Source: Ginglymostoma cirratum
Lineage: Eukaryota
DNA length: 64,000 nucleotides
Assembly (NCBI GenBank): GCA_024137785.1
Contig: JAHRHZ010000048.1
Location: 10,582,661 to 10,646,660, forward strand
Direction: 5' to 3'
A program made the position numbers and the translations under genes. Shown here piece after piece: positions 27,758 through 39,194 of the stretch. The notes below the pieces were generated by a model, which saw only the letters and a program-made list of their open reading frames with translations, had not been told where the DNA came from and searched no databases. The stretch's first letter is position 1; every line of letters begins with the position of its first letter.

Positions 27758-29069
27758 TTAGAAAAAAAGTGTAGGATTAAATAAATTACACCCATACTTG
27801 CATAGGACCTTTAATTAGAGAGCATAGGTTATGACCTGACCTAACCATTGCATCTTGCAATGCTCTAAACCCAGCCCAATAGACGCATATTATTATAGGC
27901 ATCAAAGCAAAACACAAAGCACAGATACAGCAACCATTCACAACCACATTTTACATAATACTTTTGGGTTTTCTAAACTTAAACCAGATTTGGACCATCT
28001 CCGGCGAGCAACGTTATACATCTATGCGTATATATTTTTCTCCCGATAGCGTGTTACAGCAAAGTGCTCACAAAACAGTGAGTTTGCTTCACTGCACACA
28101 AGGCCTGACATTTTACAAATAGTAATAAATTAACTGCTATGGTAATGTCATCGATTGCTCTTGGTTGAGTAGGATCAAGTAGACTGAACAAACAAAATAA
28201 AACCGCACAACATTTAAAAGTATTTCCAAGTCGGTTAGTAATTCAAGTATAAAAAAAAGACTAAAAAAATACTACTTCATAAAAACTGGCATGTGATAAC
28301 TTAAAGCAAACACACAACACGTCACCCCCACTTAAACTCAATCGCTCGGATTTTTCCCACTAACAAAATGTTCGCTTCTAATTTGATGAGTTTTTTTTTA
28401 TTTTTGAAAAAGGACGTGATGGAAAAGCATCTCCTTTTTTTAATGTGTGAAGTAATAATATAGAAAAGGAAGCTTGGGTCACGACCTAAGCATTGGAAGG
28501 GGTCCAGGGAGTCCTCTGGATACCCAGATCACCCTAAGACAACAAGGAAAGGATTGTGAACCTTTTTCCCACATAAACTGAAAATTTCTGTTTCCTGATA
28601 TCAACCCCTGAAAGCTTTATACTCAGCCCAGATGAGTGATTGCGCTACTGTTGCAACTTAACTGCAGCAATTCTGCACACAATGTGAGGGACATTCGACT
28701 GAGCATATAATGTTTGTAAACTGACAAAATACAGCTATATTTTAATCGCTCCCAGATTTTCATTTGCCCGTAGTTTTATATAAATATTGTGATAGGTATG
28801 TAAAATGTGCAGTAACTGCCTTTGAGAAAATCATCACTAGTGGATAAACGTATTTTTCAATAAATATTTTCATCATATTTTAAAACTGACATTGTACTAA
28901 AATATAAAAGCGTTCTAGCCCCGTCTATTTTAATATAGAGGTTATAGAAAGGATACATGACATTACATTTAGATGAGAGCTGAGTATACGACTGCATGCT
29001 CATTCAGATCTGATATCATGGCTGTTCTGATTACAGATCAGCCATATTCTGGAATTAATATCTGCCTAC

Positions 29070-29597
29070 CTGAAGTGAAGAGAACGATAGCCTTTAAGCA
29101 GCTGTACTCTGCCGAGTCGACATGCAAAGCTTTGAGTTTCTCGACCTGCTCCTGGAAGATCCTTATGTGATCCATGAAAGCAACGACCCTGTCTGCAGAC
29201 ATAGGAGACGCGTGCAGCCCAGCGGCGGCCAAGAGAGGAGCCACATGAAGAGGCATGGAGCACTGGGCAGCGTTCAGAACAAACAACTCACTCCAGGTCA
29301 GCCTCAGCAGGGCTACCTGGTCCGTGATCTGCAGATCCGGGAAGAAAGGAATATTCCTCGCCCATTCCACGGCGCTGAAGAGCAGCCGAGCAGCCAGTTC
29401 ACAAATGTTCTCAATGCCCATGATATTGTTCGGTTGCATGCACTGACTGCCGTAGCGGGAGGTCGGGTAGGGCTCGGCCCGCAGTAACAGGGAGATATAT
29501 CCCGATAAATAGGAATGGCAGTTGAGTGGATCTCCGTTTGTCAAGGCGAACTGGCCTGGAGTCGGTTGTGTAGGTGGCATTCTTCCCCTTTGGACTG
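29070..29597 (-). CDS. NR2F2: NR2F2 coding exon 2 (hinge and most of the ligand-binding domain)
   Basis: Acceptor ...cactgcag|CAGTCCAAAGG gives (A)[49 protein letters not shown]...IVLFTS. Donor TCAG|GTAGGC. Length 528 nt. The [14 protein letters not shown] string and MAMVVSTW start fit NR2F2 rather than NR2F1. Confidence 0.98.
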
Positions 29598-30316
29598 CTG
29601 CAGTGCGAAAAGAATAGACTACAGATATTGAAACCTGAATCTTACCACATTTTCAGACAGTTTGCATACAATACACACCCCTAACCATTTACAAACAACA
29701 AAAGCTGGTGCAAACACGATAATTTTTGTTTTAATTCCCACCGACTGTACAACATGTTTTAAAGCTAGACTGCATATTTTAAGCCGAGAACTGCTATGCT
29801 ATTTTACTATGTCATTTCCCTAAAACATGCAAAAACTGATTATTTTACAACAATGGCTGATTTATTTTCCTAGCTGAACTTTACTCAGCAAACTGCTCCA
29901 ACTTGCACCGTGCATTCTCAACACTCTCCCCTCTTTTCTTGAGAAGTTTCATGTGTAGCATAACAGATTTTTCAAATTAGATTGCAATCAAAGCACACTT
30001 TCTACGGTTAGTCCTGATCTGACTATTTTCAAACATACACACACATAGGCTCTCCCTCTCTCTCAAACACACACACACAGACAGTGACATCAAGGAAAAA
30101 AAAATAACACTTATAAGACTTTCTCGACCCCAAGCACCCTGCGAAGTACAGAGAGGTGATAGCAATTGATTTCAACTAGTATTCAACAACACAGAGCAAC
30201 TTTATAGAATGGAAGTGAGAGCTTTTTGCTGCTGGGTGGGGTGGGGTGGAGGGGGTTGGGAAGTAAGGGGCTGGCTATGGTAGCTCAAACATTTTAAATA
30301 AATGAATTCTCAATAC

Positions 30317-30737
30317 CTTCCCGTCTCATGCCGACTTTGAGGCATTTTTTCAGGCGACAGTACTGACACTGATTGCGGTGGTGTTGGTCTATGGGGCAGT
30401 TCCTGTTGGCACGACATGTGTACGTCAAGTTTCTGCGCACACTTCTCTTAAAGAAACTCTTACAACCCTCGCAGGTGAACTGGCCGTAATGCTTGCCGCT
30501 CGATTTGTCTCCGCACACCACACACTCGATATGCTGCTGCTGCTTCTCGCCTTGTTGCTGGCTCTGTTGGTTGGGCTGGGCCGGGGTTCCCGGGGCTCCC
30601 GGCTGGCCTGGGGTCTGCGGGGTAAGGGGTGCTCCAGAAGGCGGCTGCGGTCCTTGCTGAGGAGGGGGTGGCTGTGTGCCCTGCGCTCCGGCCACGTCGT
30701 CTTGCGGGTCTCGCCACGTACTGACTACCATTGCCAT
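30317..30737 (-). CDS. NR2F2: NR2F2/COUP-TFII coding exon 1 (Pro/Gln-rich A/B region and both C4 zinc fingers of the DNA-binding domain)
   Basis: Translates as [17 protein letters not shown]...[72 protein letters not shown]. Start context gatATGG. Phase-1 donor GAAG|GTATTG at 30317/30316. Length 421 nt. Confidence 0.98.
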
Positions 30738-31395
30738 ATCTCGGGCAGAGTGTTATCAGACAAAAAAAATGTCTTGTCTTTTGAATCGGCAGATGAGGTG
30801 GTGTTGGGTGGGGGGGGGGGGGGTTGGAGGAAGAATGAAGAAAGAAGAGTCGATTAGCTGACAACAACGGAAAAAAAATAGAGGGAGGGAGAGAGAGAGA
30901 AAGAGAGAGAGAGAGTAGCAGTTCAAACCCGATCGGCAGAGAAGAAGCGAATGTCGGGGGGCCAGGACCAGGGAAGCACGCAGTCAGCCATTCAGGAAAC
31001 CCATAAAAAAAGGACGAAGGGGGATGAAAGGTTAAAGATTAAAAAACAAAAAGAGAGAGAGAGAATCGACTCTTGAAGGCAGATGTACGATCCGGAGTAG
31101 AAGTGCCCGAACATCAACTGATCATAAATTCTCCGCCGTACTGGTAGTGGTAGAACTGCACACACATACACGCGAAGAGAGTCAACAACTCGCCAGCAAA
31201 AAGAGAGAGAGAGAGAGAGAGAGACTACAAAAAAAAAGGAGTCGACGTCGTGGAAAAAAAAAGGAGCTATAGAACCTCTCTCATGCGAGAGGAGGCAAAA
31301 TAAGGGAAGAGAGAGAGAATCAAACTGATCAAATATGCAAAAGGGGGTTGGAAGTGAATCCGATTTGAACGAGCGGGCTTGCGGAGTAATTTTTC
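30738..31395 (-). other. Long 5'UTR of NR2F2 with (CT)n/(T)n tracts and several uORFs
   Basis: Lies between the inferred TSS (about 30 nt downstream of the TATA box) and the start codon. GA repeats on + at about 30882-30915 and 31202-31224. TSS position is inferred. Confidence 0.7.
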
Positions 31396-31423
31396 TGAAA
31401 GGGGAAATCTGCGCGGATGGCTG

Positions 31424-31607
31424 TATATAGTGAACTTTGACACGACTATTGAAACTGACACGTTTCTATGGAGATGCTTTCCTTATATGGCGCTGCCGAG
31501 TGACGGAGCCAAGCGGCGGCTGCTGGCGACTGACAATCAAAGGCGACTGGTCAGAGCTTTAGGTTCGAGGGGCTGGGACATCTGGCCCGCCCCCTGCACC
31601 GCATTGG
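31424..31607 (-). promoter_or_regulatory. NR2F2 main promoter: TATA, DR1 nuclear-receptor element, CArG, TCF/LEF, GC box, CCAAT
   Basis: Minus strand GTGTCA-A-AGTTCA-C-TATATA (DR1 31431-31443, TATA 31424-31429). CCTTATATGG 31481-31490. ATCAAAG 31536-31542. CCCGCCCC 31586-31593. CCAAT (minus) 31603-31607. CpG-rich. A DR1 of this form next to the TATA box is known from mammalian COUP-TFII promoters. Confidence 0.85.
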
Positions 31608-31741
31608 ATAGGCACCTTACTTATTATCCAGCACGTCCTGGCCGGCAACAAATTTACATTACATCCATGCGCAGAGGTCTACTTCGAAAAAATAAGTTTT
31701 TTATTTCTTACACCCACCTCCCTCTCCTAACCAGACCCCCC

Positions 31742-31745
<4 letters not shown>

Positions 31746-31781
<36 letters not shown>

Positions 31782-31790
31782 TACATACAC
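31746..31790. repeat. (CA)n/(CATA)n microsatellite just upstream of the NR2F2 promoter
   Basis: Visible directly. Confidence 0.9.
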
Positions 31791-34343
31791 CCAGATTTTC
31801 TTTTTTAAAACTGCAAAGAATTGGGTAGCAGATAGAATGAAATGTTTTAAACGTCACTTTCACAGATTAACATATGGAGATTAAATAATCTTATAAAATT
31901 ATACAAAAAAAGGGCTCAGGAATGCAGCAATATTGAACAAACCCAGTTCAGACTAATGTTAAACACGTTCTTTATTTGAGGTGAAATCTTGCACTATGAA
32001 AATCTTACTTGACATCAATAAAGAATCCACGGTAAAGCTTGCAAGACTATAGCTATATTGTATATTGTTGTTCTATACCATACATATATGTAATTTTCTA
32101 CTCTCCTGCACCAAGCAAATTCCCGAATGCTAATGCACTATTAAAACCGAAAAACCCATACTGTTCACAAGTCAGCTTTGCACTAAAAAAGTTAATATTG
32201 AAGATGCAACATTGGAGGCGATGAATTTCCATTGATTGAGACATCCTTACGGGAGCTTTTAGAAGTGTGACGGGGATTATTAGAGGTTTTATGAAAGTAT
32301 CCAAATGAAATTAAGGACCGCTATGTCAGAAATGAGCTACGCTGCTTTTATGAAGAAAAATTGTCCCTTTACATTGCAGAAGGTGTGTAGCCTGAGAAAA
32401 AAAAAGAATGCTCGAGAGGGTCTTATTCATCTGATGAACCATTATTAATACGGATAACTATCACGGTTACTTTGAAATACTTAAAAGTGAAACGAGCTTT
32501 GAAGTGTGCAGGTACTTAGTGAGATACATATAGACGTCTAGAGATGCGTACAGGTTATTAACTAATTTCGAATTAAAATACCCAAAACTCTGTGGACGAG
32601 CGGCGAATCTTTGGAGCGGAGCTGCCCCGATTCCACGTTCTCTCCCTGCCCCTGTGTAGTAATGGATTCGAATTTCCAGTGTCTTTATTTTGGAAGAAAG
32701 ACAACTCTATTTATACGCTATTATATTTAGTGGTCATTTCGGTTGTATGGGGTTAGTCTATTGGCAGCGCTACCAGCATTATCTAAGAAATTGATGATTC
32801 AACTGAACAAAATTGGCAAATGTTATGTTCGCGAGTAGCATATAAACTCAGGTAAACTCAATGGTTTTGGAGGCTCGAGCTGCATTGTAATTTATACTTA
32901 ATTGTAGTAATGGATAGCTTGCGAAAATACGTCTGCTAAATAAATGCATGCAATTGTATGGACAGAAAAATAACGAGAAATATGTTATTGGAGGAAATTG
33001 CCATGTGTGAGATTTAGCTGGCGCTGGGCTCTAAATGCGCATTTCAGTGTTTAACATGCTATATACACTTCCGCACGCATTTTAGAAGGAATCCTGTGTA
33101 TTTGACAAGTGAGTCTTGAAAATGCAAAGTACGTGTTACTGATAATGTTCAAACATTTCCGTGCTAAAACGACCATTGCATGGTTCCCCAGCTAATATAT
33201 AAAATGTGAAATTAGGGACACGTTGCATTAAACAGGTGTTCCATTAGAGGTGCAATGGCTAGTAGCCTAAATACCGTTACTTGAGAGGAATTATTTCTCT
33301 CTCTGCCGTGTCGACTTTCTTTCAAAAACCTACTTGAACGCATATACTAATTGGGACCAGCCTCTTCGCAATGTGCTTACAATTCAATAAAGTGATTAAA
33401 AAGTATAACCGACGATGGTCTGGTTACTTGAGGGTAAACAAATTCAATTTCGTCTTGATGTTCACTTGACAAAGCAATCACACAGAAACCACACTCACAC
33501 ATCAGCCAAGACTGGACAAAATCTTCAGCACAGCAGCTACAGTAATATGTTATAATCTGGAAATTGCATGCATCTTTTCAAATTTAACTTTTTACAAAAG
33601 GCCAGACAAAAGACCAGAATGAGGTATTGACATTCAACAGTCTAAAATGCAACATGCAGTTAATTTTGTGAAACATGAAGTGAATGTCTTTTGTTACTAA
33701 TTAAATCATCGTGCCATGATATCAATGTTATCAGATGAATGGTGCTTCCTGCTAATAACTTTTCTCGAGAAAAGTTTGGGTTTGTTATCTGTGAATGTTA
33801 TCCCTGTTTTCTTTATTACAAGTGGACAGGTTGCGCTTTGTAACCATTTCAAAAGTTACTTTGGTTTACTGTGAAACAAAACAACGTGTTAGTTAGAAAC
33901 CAGTCCCTCTCAAATTAAATGCTTTCTAAAGGGTTGAGCGAAAATATACGGTTTTTCTAAATTGAATATTGCAGCGGGCACAAACCATGGCATGGCCAGA
34001 GAAACTATTTATAACACGGACTGGATGCCACTTACTTCCCAGTTGTTCCCTGATAACCAGCTAGATCTATTGAATTTGTGGTCTCTGTGAATTTGCCCTG
34101 TTTTTTCTTTCTCTCCCCCTCACTCCCTCCCCCCTCCCCCCAACACTACATTACAACACAATAAATGGGGAAAGTGATTCCCATTGTGTTCCGGTGATCT
34201 CAAAGTCATTGCAGTTTTTAAGCGGTGACTTGTGGCACTTTGATAACCGCCGGGAGCTGTCAGTGAAGCGGGCTTCTGAAAAATTTACAGTGCTAAATCG
34301 CAGCATATGCTGGAGAATTTGTCAAAATCTTGTACAGTATCTG

Positions 34344-34358
34344 GCTGCCACCTAGCGT
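34344..34358 (-). promoter_or_regulatory. Candidate CTCF site
   Basis: Minus strand ACGCTAGGTGGCAGC, one mismatch to the CCGCTAGGTGGCAG-type core, inside a CpG-rich block. Confidence 0.55.
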
Positions 34359-35567
34359 ACGGAGTGTCGCTGTAGAACTCCAGAGGAGAAAAGCCATTCA
34401 AAGGGAGCGCGGCGCCTGCTCGCTCGCAACGTGTTTTTATACACCACCCCCCCACAAAAAAAAACTTCTGCACTTTTAATGTGATTAATTCTTTAGGATT
34501 TTTGTTCTAATTGACTCGGACGTTGCCGAGCGGGACTGCTGATCTCCGTCGCTTTGTGTTTCTTCCCCCTCTAGATCTGCCTGGCCACTGGCCTGACTTA
34601 GATGACTGGGCATGTGTCTTATTTCTAAAACAACCGATTGGTAACAGATTCGCTTTTTCTCCCACCGCCTCGCGGCCTCCCCCCCCCCCAAAAACGCGGC
34701 TTCTTCTAACGCAGCAAAGCCAAATCGAAGCCGGGTGCTTTATTTCCCAATAAGCAAATATACTCTTTCTTTAAAAAAAAATCCCAAATCATCAACCGCT
34801 TCCGAGGATCTAGGTAAAAGTGGTGAGTACCAATTTATTGTGAAATTACAAAAAAAAGTCTGTTGATTGTAAATACAGCTATTTTCTCTCTTGAGACGAT
34901 TCGGTGATTTATTTATTTTTAACAAGAAAGTTTTAAATGTGAACTCGTGTTGTAAATCAAATCACTATTACACAACAGTTTAACCACGAAGTAAAATTTA
35001 ACTAAAATCCAGTTCATTGAAACGCAGGACAAAGATTCTTTGGGTTTCTATGCTTACAACGGGCCACATCTTGAGTGGGAAAAAAAACGAAGTTCCTTTT
35101 AATTCTAAGTTTTCGAGATTTGTCATATTTCTGGTCGCAAGGTTGTCTATCCACATTATTGCAGAGCGGGTGAGAGATAGCGACACGTTCCGCGGTACGA
35201 AAGTCCGGGGCTGATCGCTAGTAACTTAGCAGGCAATGAACGCAACAATCCGGTGGTTTATTATCAAGAAGAATCCAAACATAGAGAGAGATTTTTTTTT
35301 AAAAAAAGCACGAGCCTGATTTAATGTCCCTTTTTTTAAAAAAAAGAATCTAACATTAATTAAAGCAAAAAATCCCTAATTGTCTTAACGGATATTAAAT
35401 ATCCTCCGAATTAGAACATGTGTTGAAATTCAAAACCTGCCTGATGTTAAGATAACAGAAATGGATTAATACATATAGGTGTTTAAGAACGATCGTGTAT
35501 TGACTAAGAAAAAAAACACCTTCCCTCCCCTAAGTAAAATACATATATTTATTTTAAGAAAACATAC

Positions 35568-35845
35568 CAAACATCATCGCTTGCAATTGTCTTTGTTCAC
35601 TGTCCGAAATTATTTGCGTCGTGATGGGTTCGAGTCTCCTCTGGACACAGGAAGTTGTGAATCTTGGCGGAACTGAGTTGGAAACTACTGAGTGAGATGA
35701 ATCTCTTTTTTTTTCTGGCAGGTGAACTAAAGGAGGGCCCCGTCTCCTCCTCACCTGATCTATTTGTCTATTGAAGAGAATCATTCATTCCATCGGCCGT
35801 CATCTGTTTGCGCGACCGATAGTGTAAACTGATAGAAGGCTATGC
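35568..35845 (-). other. Candidate alternative first exon of NR2F2 (DBD-less isoform)
   Basis: Ends ...TTG CAA GCG ATG ATG TTT G|GTATGT, a phase-1 donor compatible with exon 2. TATA-like TATTTAT upstream at about 35872-35878. CpG-rich context. Confidence 0.5.
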
Positions 35846-38800
35846 CTTTGGCGAGAAGCGAGAGGCTTTACATAAATATTCAGAAAGCGGGGAAGCACTT
35901 TCGATTTGCCATTTCAACTTTCGCCCAATCTTTTGGTGCACTTTCAGGGAGTCCCGCGGCCGCTGGAGCTGGTGGAAGTGTAGCGGAATGCGAGACGCAT
36001 TATCTAAACAACACTCCCCCACCACCAGAACCAACGACACCCCCCACCCTCTCACGCTGCCCTGTCCTGGGCAATTTTCGCCCCCTTTGCTATGATCAGT
36101 TCCACAGCTTTTTACTACAATTCCCAATCAATCTTTCGCATTGGAAAACCAAAAGTGCACGAAAACAGATCAAATCGTAGGCTGATCACAGTCACTTTAA
36201 CGTTCAGTTAGAACTCGAGGGAAAGATAGAAAAATTAAATTGCAACCCTTTTTACCATCTCCGCTCTCCGAAATGGTAACTGATTTGATTTGGTAACGGG
36301 AGTTTAGAGAACTTTGTTCGGTCAAAATAAATCTGGTTTCAGTACATTCCTTCTATAAAGTTGTTTGAGCCTCGGAATACAAATGTAATGATTTGCCCCA
36401 ATATTTAACCGCCCCCACCTCCTCGCCCCTTCCTCCCTCACAGCTTCAGTCCTTACCCCATCAACGCTCCTGTGGAAGAGCGAAGATTACTTTGAGGTTT
36501 TGAGATGAATTGTTGACATAGAATGCGGTTTGTGCCCGGTGTAAAATTATCTGCGCGTTTTCGAAAGGCTATCTGTGGCTGATGGAGAATCTCCCAGCCT
36601 CAGGCCTTTGTCTTGGCAGAGTGGAGAGGGGATTGTGTGTGAATCGTGTGAAAAGGACGGCCAGGGTCGCTGCAGATCGATTTTTATTTGTCCCCTCTGT
36701 CTTTTCGGATCAGTGCCCTTCAATGGACACATAGGCGCTCTTTCAAGAGAAAAATCTTGTGCAACATTTCTGGCCTGATTGCAGCTAAATACTGCTCACC
36801 CTCCGGTTTCTGGGCTAGGAATCTACCGCAATTAAATCATTAAGTACATGTGCACTTCCAAATCTTGCCAGTATTAGCCGCTCCACTACGTTTCCATACA
36901 GCCATTTCTAATGACACAAAAGATATGAGAGCTTCAACGTGAAATAGATATTTCTACTGGCCTTACATATACACATACACAGACAAAATACACCGCTTAT
37001 CCAGGGGCGATTTCTTGATGCTTTTGTGTTTTAGAAAAAAAAGCAAATCTGCAAGTAAAATGGCTAAACGAGGGGAACCAATTTAAAGATCTTTGAACAT
37101 ACCTATATCCTGGTGTATTTTCAATTGTTAAGGATGCTGAATTAACTGGATATGTTTCAGGTGTCTAATGTGTGCAGCCTAACCTCAGCTAGATATCCAT
37201 TTTGTTTCACATTTCTCAAAAGGCACGAGGTGGTTCAGTTGTGGGGAAGCTAACTGACAAGCGAAGTAATTTCTGCGCAAAGCTGATATTTCTGCAGTTG
37301 GAGATGGGGTGGTTGTGGCGGGAGCAGGTTCCTTTTGGCTTCACACATTTAATTATTATCTTGAGAAATACATTTTAAAGTTGACAGTGGTTGCATCCAG
37401 TGGTGTATGCTTAAAGTGAAAGCATGTAACATTATGGCCTAATTGAGCAGAAATAGTAGTAACGTAAGGATCAAACATAATGCTAACCCTCTGGCCTCGC
37501 CAATATAAAAGTTGACATTGCAGCATTACGTTTCAAAATGAAATGTCTCCTTGATTTCTAAGTTCTCTTTTAGCAAGCGTTCCCACTCAGATAATCACCA
37601 TGTACGAACTGCGGTGCATCTGCCGGTTTCAAAACCGAAAAAAAATTCTAAGAAATAACACTGCTTTAACAAGACGAAATGTATCGTATTGTGGAAGACA
37701 AGCACAATTCATGGATTGGCGGAGTTATTGTCTTTTTGAACGCACGGCATTGCAAAACAAAAAAATCAGGTTAACATTAAATCTTCTGTGTTATCCAGCG
37801 ATTATGTACAGTCTAGCCGTAATAAGATTCACCCAGTTTCATGAATGGAAAGTTGCTGATAACGAGACATGTAGCTTATTAAGAATCGTGTCGCATTAAA
37901 TGGATACTGGGCGTGACTCCGAGGTTGAGTCAAGAAGAAACTGAGCTTAACAGAAGAGGAGACAGAATAAAACGAGAAAAGGGCTAGAAAAGGTACAACA
38001 TGGAGACAGTAGTTGTCTACAAATTACAACACGCCGCCTATTGGGTCCTGTATCGATTGGGAGGGAAGCTGAAGATGTCACCAGGCCAAATATTTACTGA
38101 TCACACACAAATAACACAGGCATATCGATTGGTTTTTCGTTGGTGAGCAGAGAGCAAAGGGGTAAATCATTGTGTGTAAAGAGAGAGGTTTTAAGGACAT
38201 GGTTCAGGTGTGGAGAAACAGGAGAAAAAGAAGTGCTGAAATCGATAGACGCTGATTAGGAGGTGATTTCTGACAGTGGGAGAAAGTGTCATGTTGACGA
38301 ATTTAAAAAGCAGGCTGTCAACTAAAATTATAGGAAAAAAGAGGAGACGGAAATAATCAGTATGAAAGATATTTGTATAAGTTTCAATCTACTAAATACA
38401 ATTTGACTGAAGTGTAAATACATAAAAGGAAAGGGTCTGGAAAGATACAGTCCATCCCTCTATATAAATACTGTATACCTATACATTCCAATGCATGTGC
38501 ACACACATAATGCTAGGTGTCATAACGTTGATGCAAATAGATATACTTTGGAAAAAATAAATCCCTGCAGGATACCGAAGCAAAGCTGCATGTTAACATT
38601 TTAAATAAATTAAGTTTCGGTCTATATTTAGCTGTAAAGCTGCATAGAAGCGAAAAGGCAAACCACATCCCGGGCTATCTTGGAAAGTCTAATTAGCGAT
38701 TTGTAGAGTGTCATCTCCTGTTTTGCACTCCCTAGAGATAAACTGAGAGTTGCAGGTGGAGAGGATGGCGGTGCTAGAGAGGATGAGAGAGATAAAGAGA

Positions 38801-39097
38801 AAGTGCGTTCACCCTCACCTTCCAGGAACCCAAGAAAATATCCCACACTCCAAGCGCAGGACGGGGCCCCTTTGACCCCAGGCCTCACGTGCTGCCCTGA
38901 TTAACCCATACCGGCCCAGGATCTAGAAAAGGTTAACCAGGCTAATGAACACGTAAAACAAATCGGATGGAGTCTGAAGGCGAGGCGGAAAGGTGCAAAA
39001 TAGACAAGAATGTTGATAAGAACTCCCTGATGCTTTTCGTTCGCTAGAGAGTAGAGGATTAGAATTGTTCCCTTGTGATAAACTTCTCTAAGGTATG

Positions 39098-39194
39098 AGA
39101 GATAACAAGCATGGGGCTGGATGAGCACAGCAGGTCAAGCAGCATCATAGGAGCAGGAAAACTTGACGTTTCGGGCCTAAACCCTTCATCAGAA
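39098..39194 (-). mobile_element. PLE terminal-repeat fragment containing a hammerhead core
   Basis: Minus strand reads tCTGATGAagggtttaggcccGAAACGTCaagttttcctgctcctatgatgctgcttgacctgctgtgctcatccagc...ttatctc. Same family as the copies at 56.6 and 58.6 kb. Confidence 0.8.

Noticed and set aside
29598-29645. Consensus donor GTG|GTAAGA near the exon 2 acceptor
   Set aside because: Would define a 48-nt intron, too short for typical vertebrate splicing.
30378-30867. Overlapping ORFs of 135-159 aa over exon 1, and + strand ORFs over exon 2 (29122-29487)
   Set aside because: Shadow frames of the GC-rich NR2F2 coding sequence; no recognisable domain.
31655-31676. tacatccatgcgcag, loosely like the reported Shh-response element of the mouse COUP-TFII promoter
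   Set aside because: Gapped match and different position; recalled from memory and not verifiable here.
31379-31828. 149-aa + strand ORF over the promoter
   Set aside because: Non-ATG start, runs through promoter motifs and a CA microsatellite; no protein signature.
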